Assembly (NCBI GenBank): GCA_014381985.1
Contig: JACNKP010000037.1
Span: 51,604-115,603, forward strand
Length of the DNA: 64,000 nucleotides
Origin: SAR92 clade bacterium
GTDB lineage: Bacteria; Pseudomonadota; Gammaproteobacteria; Pseudomonadales; Porticoccaceae
Reading direction: 5' to 3'
Of the stretch, positions 1 to 9,171 are shown in pieces. The notes below the pieces were generated by a model. The model was not told the DNA's origin. It did no database searches and saw nothing but the letters and a program-made list of their open reading frames with translations. The position numbers and the translations under genes were made by a program. Within the stretch, counting starts at the first letter, position 1. The number at the start of each line of letters is the position of its first letter.

Positions 1-1339
1 GTGCAATGATTGCGGTGCAGATTATCGCAAATGGCAGGGTCAGTGCTCTGAGTGTAATGCTTGGAATACGCTCTCTGAGGTGCGCTTAGGTAGTCCGGCT
101 CGAGCGGGTAAAGTCTTGCGTCCCGGCTTCGCTGGTGCAGTTGATAGCGCGGTAAAAACACTTGCAGATATCGCTCTTGATGAAATTCCTCGCATAAGTT
201 CGGGCGCCGGTGAATTAGACCTAGTACTCGGGGGAGGCTTTGTGCCTGGTTCCTGCGTATTATTGGGTGGCGAGCCTGGAGCTGGTAAAAGTACTGTGCT
301 GTTGCAAACATTGTGCGCCATGGCCGAGAGCAATAGCGCGCTCTATGTTACTGGTGAAGAATCTCCCCAGCAGGTTGCGATGCGTGCTAACCGCCTTGGA
401 CTACCCACGGAAAAACTTGAAATAATGGCAGAGACCTCAGTTGAAACTGTCTGTGCGATTGCTGAGCAAAAGCGGCCAAAAATACTCGTCGTAGACTCTA
501 TTCAAGTCATGCATATTGACGAAGTGGCCTCTGCACCAGGAAGTGTTTCCCAGGTGAGAGAGAGCGCCGCAATGTTGGTGCGTTTTGCCAAGCAAACGGG
601 AACAGTACTGATCTTAGTAGGCCATGTGACCAAAGACGGATCATTGGCAGGCCCAAAGGTTCTTGAACACATGATAGATTGCTCTTTGATGCTGGAGGGC
701 TCTAGTGATAGCCACTTTAGAACACTGCGTAGCAATAAAAATCGTTTTGGCGCGGTCAATGAATTAGGCGTTTTTGCCATGACGGATAAAGGATTACGTG
801 AAGTACCCAACCCATCCGCCATATTTTTACAGCGTGGGGAGGAGGTTTCCTCAGGTAGTGTGGTAATGGTGGTCTGGGAGGGTACGCGGCCATTACTAGT
901 TGAATTACAGGCCTTGGTTGATGATAGCCATTTAGGTAATCCGCGCCGCGTAACCGTTGGTTTGGACCATAATCGTTTATCGATGTTACTGGCCGTTTTG
1001 CATAGGCATGGTGGCATTATGGTGGGTGATCAAGATGTGTTTGTTAATGTGGTTGGCGGTGTAAAAGTACTAGAGACCAGTGCCGATTTGGCATTAATTT
1101 TATCAGTTATGTCCAGCTTCCGTGATAGCCCGTTACCTAAAGACTTGGTTGTGTTTGGGGAGGTTGGCTTGTCCGGTGAAATTCGACCGGTGGCTAATGG
1201 TCAGGAGCGACTGAGGGAGGCGGCTAAGCACGGCTTTACCCGAGCAATTGTTCCGGCAGGAAATATGCCTAAACAACCGATTAAAGGGATGAGGGTTGTT
1301 CCGGTTCGCAAGATCACAGAGGCCTTAGAGGTACTTTAG
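1..1339 (+). CDS. radA: DNA repair protein RadA/Sms (5' partial; the reading frame is open from nt 2)
   Basis: Zinc-finger CNDCG..CSECNAW is translated from nt 2 in the same frame as the 80..1339 ORF. Walker A GEPGAGKST, the KNRFG motif and a Lon-like C-terminal domain are present. Confidence 0.95.
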   Translation, partial: CNDCGADYRKWQGQCSECNAWNTLSEVRLGSPARAGKVLRPGFAGAVDSAVKTLADIALDEIPRISSGAGELDLVLGGGFVPGSCVLLGGEPGAGKSTVLLQTLCAMAESNSALYVTGEESPQQVAMRANRLGLPTEKLEIMAETSVETVCAIAEQKRPKILVVDSIQVMHIDEVASAPGSVSQVRESAAMLVRFAKQTGTVLILVGHVTKDGSLAGPKVLEHMIDCSLMLEGSSDSHFRTLRSNKNRFGAVNELGVFAMTDKGLREVPNPSAIFLQRGEEVSSGSVVMVVWEGTRPLLVELQALVDDSHLGNPRRVTVGLDHNRLSMLLAVLHRHGGIMVGDQDVFVNVVGGVKVLETSADLALILSVMSSFRDSPLPKDLVVFGEVGLSGEIRPVANGQERLREAAKHGFTRAIVPAGNMPKQPIKGMRVVPVRKITEALEVL

Positions 1340-1342
1340 GCC

Positions 1343-1699
1343 TTACGCTGTGGTCAATATGGAGATATGTTCCGGCTCTTTCAGAAGCGGTTGTATTTGT
1401 GTCAGAGCTGCATGCCTTTCGTCAGACTGATACCAAGCCTTCCAGTCCGCCAAACATTCCATTTGAATGAGCGTATAGCGTATCTTGGTATCTTTTAAAT
1501 CCTTAAAAGCCTTGCTTGAAATAAACCCCTGAGCGGGAATGGCGGCCTGAATAATTTTCTTTGAAAACTCTTCATAGGTCGCTTCCATTTCCGATGCCAA
1601 TGTTCGTTTTATCAATACTGCTAGCATTTTCAATACCTTCTTGTACACCAATGGGTGCATCATGCTCAATGCTACTTTATTAGTAAAGGTGTTTGACAT
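1343..1699 (-). CDS. Hypothetical protein, possibly ABM (antibiotic-biosynthesis-monooxygenase-like) fold
   Basis: 118-aa ORF convergent with radA, 3 nt apart. The C-terminal stretch ECLADWKAWYQSDERHAAL resembles the W-x-S-x-x-A-x-x-H pattern of ABM domains. The family call is weak. Confidence 0.4.
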   Translation of the reverse strand: MSNTFTNKVALSMMHPLVYKKVLKMLAVLIKRTLASEMEATYEEFSKKIIQAAIPAQGFISSKAFKDLKDTKIRYTLIQMECLADWKAWYQSDERHAALTQIQPLLKEPEHISILTTA

Positions 1700-1774
1700 C
1701 GGCGCATCTCAAGCGTAAATTGCCAGTTCTTGCTTCGGCAACAGGTTCTCAATGCTGGAATGTCTTTTTTGATG

Positions 1775-1960
1775 TTTTATCGGAGAGTTAAACGGGAAAT
1801 CGGTGCGCAACAACGACAATGGTCGATGTTATTCCGATACTGCCCCCGCAACGGTAAATAAGAATATTTGGTAGAAGTACCACTGTGCATTTGCATGGGA
1901 AGGTTATCAAATAGAGCGCTAGCTCACTTATGAGTCCGGAGACCGGCCTGTCGCTACGCA
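1775..1960 (+). promoter_or_regulatory. Cobalamin (B12) riboswitch in the btuB leader
   Basis: Conserved core elements are AAACGGGAAATCGGTGCGCAA, ATTCCGATACTGCCCCCGCAACGGTAAA and CCACTG..TGGGAAGG. The B12 box AGTCCGGAGACCGGCC lies at 1933-1948. The element sits directly upstream of a TonB-dependent receptor. Confidence 0.85.
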
Positions 1961-2070
1961 GACAAACCGCGGGGTGCGGTCTTGTGCTGATTGACAGTTT
2001 CTGTCCCTCTGCTTTTACGCCCCCGTATATTTAAAATTCATGCGCTCGGGTGAGAGTGTCAGAGGAAATT

Positions 2071-3984
2071 ATGAGAAAAATATCTTTTTTGTCGTTAGTA
2101 TTAATGTTGTCCGCTACATCATTACAGGCGCAGACTGTTGCCGCCGATACTGAAATTCAGGAAGTACTGGTCAGTGCTTCACTTGTTCCTATTGCAGTCA
2201 GTCGGTCTGCTAATGCTATTACTGTTATTAATAGAGAGCAGATTAATAATCGCGCAGCCCTAAGTGTTAGCGAGCTTCTTCGCGATGTTCCCGGATTCGC
2301 TGTTAGTCGCAGTGGTGTTCAGGGTTCACAAACACAGATTCGTGTTCGTGGAGCAGAGGCTAATCATTTACTCGTTATGATTGATGGGGTTGAAGCCAAT
2401 GACCCATCCCAGAGCGATGAGCTTAACTGGGGTACTTTGGTCGCTGATGATATTGAACGTATCGAAATTATTCGTGGCCCGCAAAGTTCACTGCGCGGCA
2501 GTGACGCGATGTCTGGCGTGGTCAATATTATTACTCGTAGTGCCAACCAACCTTTCAGCGCCAAGGTATTTGCCGAAGCGGGTAGTTTTTCGACTCAGCG
2601 CAGTGGTTTTAGTGTTGGACATAAGCGTGGTGATTTTGATATCCGGTTAGGTGTTAGTGACACGGAAACGGAAGGCGATAACATCTCACGATCTGGCGAT
2701 GAAAAAGACGGTTATGAAAATACCAATATCACTTTAAAATCTGGTTTTAAAGTGAGTGACGAATTAACATTTTCAGTTGCCGCTCGTCAGTCTGATGGTA
2801 TGAATGAATTCGATGCCGACAATGACTTCGATGGTTTTGTTGAAGATCAGGATCGCGTTTCTGAATTTCGAAACCGCACTATGAGAGTGCAGGGCGACTA
2901 CATGTCTGCTGATGGAATCTGGCAGCATAAGCTGCTAATAGCTCAGTCAAGCAATGATAACGAAGCCTTTGCTGATGGTAGCTTAGGTAACGTTACTGCC
3001 TCGACCAAAGATCAGTACCAATATATTGGATCCATGTTTTGGGGTGGTTCAACGCAAAGAGTGTCTATCTTGGCAGAGCTTGAAGAGGAAGAATTTAAGC
3101 AAAGAGGTCCCCTCAATTGGGGTCTAGATCCAAATCAAGATCGGGAGCGTGATACCAATAGCTTTGCGGTTGAGTACCGCACCGATATTTCCGAAGACCT
3201 AACCTTAGCCGCCAGCGCCCGTCATGATGATAACTCCGAATTCAAAAGTGCTAACACCTATAGAGTAGAAGCCGTTTTTCAGCTAAATGATACCGCTCGT
3301 CTGCGTAGTGCCTATGGCACAGCGGTTAAAAATCCAACTTTCGCTGAACGCTTTGGTTTTTATACCAATTTTATTGGTAACCCTAGTCTTGAGCCTGAAG
3401 AGTCCACTAGCTGGGAGTTAGGTATAGACAAACAACTGGGTCAACTAAGCTTATCCACCACACTCTTTGATTCAGAGTTAGACAATGAAATAGATGGTTT
3501 TGTCTATGACCCCCTTACTTTTGGTTATACGGCAGGTAATAAAGAAGGCACTAGCAAACGCCAGGGTGCAGAGCTAACGGCAATTGGGGCCTTGGGGAAT
3601 AATCTATCTCTTAATGCGACCTACACCTATACCGATTCAGTTGAGTCAGATGGCGCTGGCGGTTACAAAGATGAGGTACGTCGTGCTCGCCATACAGCTA
3701 GCCTGAACTTGGCTTGGCAGGTCATGGATAATCTTCACATCAATACTAATGCACAGTACAACGGCAGTCAAACGGATGTATTTTTTCCACCTTGGCCAAC
3801 GCCGTCGGAGACAGTTATTCTAAACGAATACACTCTATTGAATGTGAGCGCTCACTTCAATGCTACAGAGAGCTTAGATATTTATCTGCGACTGGATAAC
3901 CTGCTTGATGATAATTACGAAGAAGTATTTGGCTATCAGACGCTTGGTTTTGGTGCTAGTGTAGGGTTGCGCTTTAGACTCTAA
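2071..3984 (+). CDS. btuB: TonB-dependent vitamin B12 outer-membrane receptor
   Basis: Signal peptide MRKISFLSLVLMLSATSLQA, a TonB-box-like DTEIQEVLVSAS, then plug and beta-barrel. ATG 2071 follows the SD AGAGGA (the track starts at GTG 2050). A B12 riboswitch lies upstream and B12 genes downstream. Confidence 0.9.
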   Translation: MRKISFLSLVLMLSATSLQAQTVAADTEIQEVLVSASLVPIAVSRSANAITVINREQINNRAALSVSELLRDVPGFAVSRSGVQGSQTQIRVRGAEANHLLVMIDGVEANDPSQSDELNWGTLVADDIERIEIIRGPQSSLRGSDAMSGVVNIITRSANQPFSAKVFAEAGSFSTQRSGFSVGHKRGDFDIRLGVSDTETEGDNISRSGDEKDGYENTNITLKSGFKVSDELTFSVAARQSDGMNEFDADNDFDGFVEDQDRVSEFRNRTMRVQGDYMSADGIWQHKLLIAQSSNDNEAFADGSLGNVTASTKDQYQYIGSMFWGGSTQRVSILAELEEEEFKQRGPLNWGLDPNQDRERDTNSFAVEYRTDISEDLTLAASARHDDNSEFKSANTYRVEAVFQLNDTARLRSAYGTAVKNPTFAERFGFYTNFIGNPSLEPEESTSWELGIDKQLGQLSLSTTLFDSELDNEIDGFVYDPLTFGYTAGNKEGTSKRQGAELTAIGALGNNLSLNATYTYTDSVESDGAGGYKDEVRRARHTASLNLAWQVMDNLHINTNAQYNGSQTDVFFPPWPTPSETVILNEYTLLNVSAHFNATESLDIYLRLDNLLDDNYEEVFGYQTLGFGASVGLRFRL

Positions 3985-4061
3985 GGGTTAATTGAAGAGC
4001 TATTTTTAATGAGAAATTTCAGCTTAGGTAAAAACACTCAATAATTAAGGTTGTTAATATT

Positions 4062-4676
4062 ATGGTGGAAGAACAGGATATTAAGGCGCAGCGGCACAAG
4101 AAAAAGATGGAGAAACAAAAAGAGAAGATTGATGCCAATATTGCAGCGGCTAGTGAAGAGCGCGGTGTTGCCATTTTGCTGACGGGTGATGGCAAGGGTA
4201 AAACCAGCTCGGCATTTGGTATGGTATTGCGGGCGTTGGGCTATGGGTATCGGGTTGGAGTCGTCCAATTTATCAAGGGTGAGCAACTTTCCGGTGAAGA
4301 GCTTTACCTCAAAAACAATTTACCTGAGGTGGATTTTTATCAAATGGGTACAGGTTTTACTTGGGACACTCAAGATAGATCTGGCGATATAGTCGCAGCG
4401 GAAAGAACATGGGCGGTTGTTGAGGTAATGCTCAGAGATGATAGCTATCATCTTGTGGTGATGGATGAACTGACTTATATGCTAAGTTTTAAGTATCTCG
4501 ACGAAGAAAAAGTACTCTCTGCGATTAAAAATAGACCAAAAAATCAAAGTGTTGTGGTCACAGGAAGAGGGGGTGGCGCTGCTATTAGAGATCTTGTTGA
4601 TACGGTCTCTGAAGTTAAAGACATTAAACACGCATATCACTCAGGTGTCATGGCTCGTAAGGGCGTGGATTATTAA
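4062..4676 (+). CDS. cobO: Cob(I)yrinic acid a,c-diamide adenosyltransferase
   Basis: P-loop GDGKGKTSSAFG and VGVVQFIKG are typical of the CobO/BtuR family. About 200 aa. Confidence 0.88.
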   Translation: MVEEQDIKAQRHKKKMEKQKEKIDANIAAASEERGVAILLTGDGKGKTSSAFGMVLRALGYGYRVGVVQFIKGEQLSGEELYLKNNLPEVDFYQMGTGFTWDTQDRSGDIVAAERTWAVVEVMLRDDSYHLVVMDELTYMLSFKYLDEEKVLSAIKNRPKNQSVVVTGRGGGAAIRDLVDTVSEVKDIKHAYHSGVMARKGVDY

Positions 4677-5696
4677 TTGCGTCATTTTCCTGCAGGAAGG
4701 CTAATCGGGGTACTGGCAATGTTGTTGCCAGTGGTCGCGCTTTTATCGCTGACTGTGGGTACTGTCAGTATTTCTTGGGTTGAAGCGCTGCGTGCTGTTG
4801 TTGGAAGTTCCTCTGCCACTCAAATAGATACCATCTTGTTCGATATTCGATTACCCCGAATTCTTTTAGCCATTTTTGTGGGCGCAGTATTGGCAAGTAC
4901 AGGCGCAGTGATGCAGGGATTATTTCGTAATCCCTTAGCCGATCCCTCATTAATCGGTGTTTCCAGCGGCGCATCTGTAGGTGCTAGCTTGATGATTGTG
5001 ACTGCTGGTGGATTTATTCAAGGCAGTGCTTTGGTCGGGCTTTCGCTAGTTTCGATAGGTGCTTTTGTTGGTGGCTTTACGGCTACCTTACTGGTCTACC
5101 GCCTGGCTACGTCAGGAATGGGCACATCTGTTACTACTATGTTGTTAGCCGGAATTGCCATAGGTGCCTTGGCCGGCGCCTTAAACAGTTTACTTAGTTA
5201 TTTTTCTGATAATGATATGTTGCGTCAGATTAGCCTTTGGCAAATGGGCAATCTCAGCGGAGCTAGTTGGTTAAAAGTCAGCATTATGGGTGTGGTTGCT
5301 ATCCTTTTAATGGGTTTATTTCCCCGTGATAGTCGGGCGCTAAATGCGCTATTGTTGGGAGAGTCTGAGGCCCGTCATTTAGGTATTAATGTACAGCGTG
5401 TAAAGCGCCGATTAATTGTGCTGACAGCTCTGGGCGTAGGTGTGTCGGTAGCGGTTGCTGGGTTGGTAGGGTTTGTTGGTTTAATTATGCCGCATATTAT
5501 ACGGTTAATGATTGGGCCTGATCATCGTTGGCTGATCCCTGCTTCTGGATTAGCGGGCGCAATATTACTTGTGGTTGCCGATAGCTTGGCGCGCGTTGTG
5601 GTAATTCCTGCCGAATTACCGACAGGTATTCTCACGGCTATTTTAGGGGCCCCCTTCTTTGTCGCGTTGCTATTGCAGCAACGTAAGGATGTGTAG
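4677..5696 (+). CDS. btuC: FecCD-family ABC permease, B12 import type
   Basis: Polytopic membrane protein with FecCD-family character. The TTG start immediately follows the cobO stop. It lies in the riboswitch-controlled B12 cluster. Confidence 0.85.
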   Translation: MRHFPAGRLIGVLAMLLPVVALLSLTVGTVSISWVEALRAVVGSSSATQIDTILFDIRLPRILLAIFVGAVLASTGAVMQGLFRNPLADPSLIGVSSGASVGASLMIVTAGGFIQGSALVGLSLVSIGAFVGGFTATLLVYRLATSGMGTSVTTMLLAGIAIGALAGALNSLLSYFSDNDMLRQISLWQMGNLSGASWLKVSIMGVVAILLMGLFPRDSRALNALLLGESEARHLGINVQRVKRRLIVLTALGVGVSVAVAGLVGFVGLIMPHIIRLMIGPDHRWLIPASGLAGAILLVVADSLARVVVIPAELPTGILTAILGAPFFVALLLQQRKDV

Positions 5697-5699
5697 CCT

Positions 5700-6473
5700 A
5701 TGACTATGTCAGCTAGGGGTATATCTCTGCATCTATCGGGTTTCGATCTACTCCGTAATATCAGCCTTGAGGTTGAAGCAGGGAAAGTCACTACGATTGT
5801 CGGGCCAAATGGTGCAGGTAAGTCGAGTTTACTCAAAGTGCTAACTGGAGAGATGCCGCCTACCGCAGGAGATGTTTATCTTAATAGTCGCTTGTTAAAT
5901 CAATGGTCTCTATTAGAAAAGGCGCAAATGTTGGCGGTGCTCCCGCAGCATACATTACTCAATTTTTCCTTTACCGCCGATGAAGTAGTTGGTTTGGGGC
6001 GCATTCCTCATCAAACTGGCAGCGCTAAAGATGTGGAGATTGTCGCCGAGGCACTTGAGTTGGTAGACGCAAGCTATCTTCAACGTCGTTTTTATACGCA
6101 GATGTCTGGCGGTGAAAAGCAACGGGTGCAATTGGCGCGGGTACTTGCGCAAATTTGGCAGCCCAGTTGTTTGGGTGAACAGTTTTTGGTACTTGATGAG
6201 CCGACCTCGGCCTTTGACCTTTCTCATCAAAAACTGACCTTGGATATTGTCCGTCAGCTTGCGCAAAAAGGTGTTGGGGTCGTAATGGTGGTGCATGATC
6301 TAAATCTAGCGGCACGTTGTGCTGACAATATAGTTGTTATTGATGGGGGCGTTATAGCGGCGCAAGGCAGCCCAGAAGTGGTTTTAACAGAGACTTTAAT
6401 CGATAAGGTGTTTGGTGTGAAAAGTATTATCTCTGAGCACCCAATTACAAAGCGTCCTCTGGTGATTACTTAA
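5700..6473 (+). CDS. btuD: ABC transporter ATP-binding protein (BtuD/HmuV type)
   Basis: Walker A GPNGAGKSS, signature MSGGEKQR and Walker B LVLDEP. The sequence also resembles HmuV. The B12 assignment comes from genomic context. Confidence 0.8.
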   Translation: MTMSARGISLHLSGFDLLRNISLEVEAGKVTTIVGPNGAGKSSLLKVLTGEMPPTAGDVYLNSRLLNQWSLLEKAQMLAVLPQHTLLNFSFTADEVVGLGRIPHQTGSAKDVEIVAEALELVDASYLQRRFYTQMSGGEKQRVQLARVLAQIWQPSCLGEQFLVLDEPTSAFDLSHQKLTLDIVRQLAQKGVGVVMVVHDLNLAARCADNIVVIDGGVIAAQGSPEVVLTETLIDKVFGVKSIISEHPITKRPLVIT

Positions 6474-7342
6474 TGCGTGTACTAATGAGTATTTTAGCTT
6501 GGTTGTCTTTAGCCGTTGCCGCTGAGGTTGCCGTAGTTGATGACAATGGTCAGAAGCTCCACCTTGTGGAGCCAGCCAAGCGGATTATTAGCCTTGCTCC
6601 TAATATTACCGAGGTCCTTTTTTATATAGGTGCTGGTGAGAAAATAGTAGGTGCCGATGAATACAGTAACTATCCCGAAGCGGCGAAAGACATTTTGCGG
6701 GTGAATAATTATGCAGCTGCTAACTACGAGCTAATACTGTCATTGCAGCCTGATCTAGTGATTGCCTGGCAGTCAGGCAATGGCGATAAAATCATCAATC
6801 CATTGCGCAAGTTAGGTATTCCTGTGTTCGTAGTGGAAACCCAAAAGATTGATGAGATTCCAAGCCTGTTTAGGAGGCTAGGAGAGCTCAGTGGTCATAA
6901 CGGACAAGCCGAGCAGCTAGCTGCGGCATTTACTACGCGTTTAAAAGATCTACGTGTAGCCCAAGCCAACAAGTCAGTCGTTAGAACATTTTATCAAATA
7001 TGGGACGAGCCTCTGATTACGTTAAACGGCGAACATATGGTCAGTGATATTATCGAGCTTTGTGGTGGAGTGAATATTTTCGGTGATGCTATTCCGCTGG
7101 TACCTTATGTGAATATCGAATCGATTGTGGCGGCCGATCCTCAAGTGATAATAGCGGGCGGCAGTCAAGAAGAGAAGCCTATGTGGTTTGAGGGCTGGCA
7201 GCAATGGGATGGTGTATCTGCGGTTATTAATAAACAGATTTATCTAATCCCATCAGATCTTATGCAGCGTCATTCAGTACGTATTCTTGAGGGGGCGGAG
7301 TTGATGTGTGGCCACCTGGATAGTGCTAGATTAAGTGGTTAG
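6473..7342 (+). CDS. btuF: Periplasmic cobalamin-binding protein
   Basis: Signal peptide, then LSLAPNITEVLF..VGADEYSNYP..LQPDLVIAWQSGN, which aligns by eye with E. coli BtuF. The start overlaps the btuD stop by 1 nt. Confidence 0.85.
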   Translation: MRVLMSILAWLSLAVAAEVAVVDDNGQKLHLVEPAKRIISLAPNITEVLFYIGAGEKIVGADEYSNYPEAAKDILRVNNYAAANYELILSLQPDLVIAWQSGNGDKIINPLRKLGIPVFVVETQKIDEIPSLFRRLGELSGHNGQAEQLAAAFTTRLKDLRVAQANKSVVRTFYQIWDEPLITLNGEHMVSDIIELCGGVNIFGDAIPLVPYVNIESIVAADPQVIIAGGSQEEKPMWFEGWQQWDGVSAVINKQIYLIPSDLMQRHSVRILEGAELMCGHLDSARLSG

Positions 7343-7386
7343 GTACAGCCAGACAAAAGCTCAACCGACCAAAGACAAGCGCAGAA

Positions 7387-7416
7387 TAAAAAAAGCCGCT
7401 GACAATGTCAGCGGCT
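7387..7416 (-). terminator. Rho-independent terminator of amtB
   Basis: Perfect 10-bp stem AGCCGCTGAC/GTCAGCGGCT with a 3-nt loop. An A-run on the + strand gives a T-run on the - strand. Confidence 0.75.
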
Positions 7417-7498
7417 TAGTGCCTTCGTCCACTCTACATATTATTTTATTTAAAGCAGTAGTGAGTCAGCTTTTTCCTACATAACACTTATATTATAA

Positions 7499-8809
7499 TT
7501 ATAGATCGTAGCCCCTCTCATCATGCTCAACGAGATCTAGACCTCTCATCTCGCCTTCTTCGTCTACCCGCAATGTTAACATTTTATCCACGAGTTTCAA
7601 GAGCAGATAAGTCACGACTGCAGTATAAGTAAAGGTAGCAACAATCCCGGTTAATTGAACGGAGACCTGACTAATCATATCCATTCCTTCGTTATAGCCT
7701 TGGCCACTGAAAACGCCAAGCGCATCTGAAGCGAAAACACCGGCCAGAAGGGTGCCAAGTATTCCGCCAACACCGTGGACAGGGAACACATCGAGAGAAT
7801 CATCAATCTTAAATCGCTGTTTTATGGCTTGGGTGGCGTAGTAGCAAATAATGCCGGCACTGAGACCAATGACTAATGCACCTGCTGGCCCAACAAACCC
7901 TGAAGCAGGGGTGATGGTACCAAGACCTGCCACCATGCCCGTAACCATACCGAGAACCGAAGGCTTGCCATGCCTTGTCCATTCCATCACCATCCATGCC
8001 AATGAGCCCGCTGCAGCTGAAATATGAGTTACTAGCATTGCCATGCCGGCATCGCCATTTGCCGCCAGTGCCGACCCACCATTAAAGCCGAACCAACCAA
8101 CCCATAACATACCGGCCCCAGTGACAGTCATCGTTAGATTATGAGGAGGCATTGCTTGCCGAGGGAAACCTTTTCGGTTACCCAGTACCAGCGCGGCGAC
8201 CAAAGCTCCGACTCCGGCGGTAATGTGTACGACAGTTCCGCCAGCAAAATCTAGCAGCCCCATTTCTCCTAGCCAACCTCCGCCCCACACCCAATGAGTG
8301 ATCGGGGCATAAACAAGGACTAGCCATAGACCACTGAAAAGTAGCATTGCGCTAAAGCGCATGCGCTCAGCGAAAGCGCCAACGATAAGTGCCGGCGTAA
8401 TAATAGCGAATGTCATTTGAAACATAGCAAAAACCGATTCAGGGATATCGCCAGCCATGCTATCTTCGGTTAAATTAGCAAGGAAGATATTATCCAAATT
8501 ACCTATGTAGGCATTCATGGAGCCGCCATTACCAAAGGCGAGACTGTAACCAAAAGCGAACCAAATAATCGAAGCTAAACAGGTTATGGCAAAACACTGC
8601 ATTAACACAGAAAGAACATTTTTAGATCGGACCAAGCCACCATAGAAAAGTGATAAGCCGGGAATGGTCATAAACAGCACGAGGGCTGTGGATGTCAGAA
8701 TCCACGACGTGTTTGCCGCATTTAAATCATCGGCAAATGCTTGTGTGGACTGAAGAGTAGCTATTACTGCAAGCATGGCTACTCTGGGCCATCGGTTGTT
8801 TGAATCCAT
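7499..8809 (-). CDS. amtB: Ammonium transporter
   Basis: Signal peptide followed by TALVLFMTIPGLSLFYGGLVRSKNVLS, which aligns closely with E. coli AmtB. 436 aa and polytopic. Confidence 0.93.
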   Translation of the reverse strand: MDSNNRWPRVAMLAVIATLQSTQAFADDLNAANTSWILTSTALVLFMTIPGLSLFYGGLVRSKNVLSVLMQCFAITCLASIIWFAFGYSLAFGNGGSMNAYIGNLDNIFLANLTEDSMAGDIPESVFAMFQMTFAIITPALIVGAFAERMRFSAMLLFSGLWLVLVYAPITHWVWGGGWLGEMGLLDFAGGTVVHITAGVGALVAALVLGNRKGFPRQAMPPHNLTMTVTGAGMLWVGWFGFNGGSALAANGDAGMAMLVTHISAAAGSLAWMVMEWTRHGKPSVLGMVTGMVAGLGTITPASGFVGPAGALVIGLSAGIICYYATQAIKQRFKIDDSLDVFPVHGVGGILGTLLAGVFASDALGVFSGQGYNEGMDMISQVSVQLTGIVATFTYTAVVTYLLLKLVDKMLTLRVDEEGEMRGLDLVEHDERGYDL

Positions 8810-8828
8810 AATTTTCCCCTAAAATGAT

Positions 8829-8845
8829 AGCACCAAAATGGTGCA
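8829..8845. promoter_or_regulatory. NtrC-type dyad (amtB-strand reading TGCACCATTTTGGTGCT), plus an extra TGCACCA half-site at 8870-8876
   Basis: Inverted repeat GCACC-N5-GGTGC, matching as I recall it the TGCACC-N5-GGTGCA NtrC enhancer consensus. It lies 20-36 nt upstream of the amtB ATG. Confidence 0.45.
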
Positions 8846-8932
8846 AATTATCGTTGTCATTGAATTTTTTGCACCATGATATAGCTGTTATATCCAGATC
8901 TAGTGCTTAAATCCGCCTTGAGATAAAAATAA

Positions 8933-8948
8933 GGCAATATTTGTACCG
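8933..8948 (-). promoter_or_regulatory. Candidate sigma-54 (-24/-12) promoter for amtB
   Basis: The minus strand reads CGGTAC-AAATA-TTGCC, with GG-N10-GC spacing and a TTGC -12 element. It lies about 125 nt upstream of the amtB ATG. Confidence 0.35.
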
Positions 8949-9171
8949 TTATTGATTGCACGCACTAAATTAATGCATTGGCGCCAGTTTCTGACCTAAT
9001 ATAATCATCACTACTAGCTACCGGAAGGGCTAAAAATTTATCAAGTTCGATATGGTCTGATTAACAGCAATCACTTTAATAATAGTGAGAGTAGGCCTTT
9101 TATTTTGAAGTTGAGGTAATATAGATTTCATCTAACCCTCTTATGGCATCTGGTTAATATGGAGTTCACCC

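Noticed and set aside
502-1017. Long antisense or alternative-frame ORFs inside well-supported genes. Examples are 502..1017(-) in radA, 32995..33504(-) in mreB, 49670..50077(+) in kdsC, 57728..58141(+) in the DegS-like gene, 51557..52198(+) in yrbG and 40035..40349(-) in yhdP.
   Set aside because: Each lies entirely within a gene whose product has clear family motifs. Their translations are low-complexity (Ser/Pro/Arg/Ala-rich) with no recognisable motifs or SD sites. This is typical of shadow ORFs.
1340-1342. Convergent gene pairs separated by only 3-6 nt with no terminator (radA/ABM-like at 1340-1342, membrane protein/thioesterase at 11168-11173, hisC/DegS-like at 57706-57711).
   Set aside because: This is consistent with a generally compact genome. 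There is no sequence structure to interpret, and any terminators may lie inside the opposing coding sequence.
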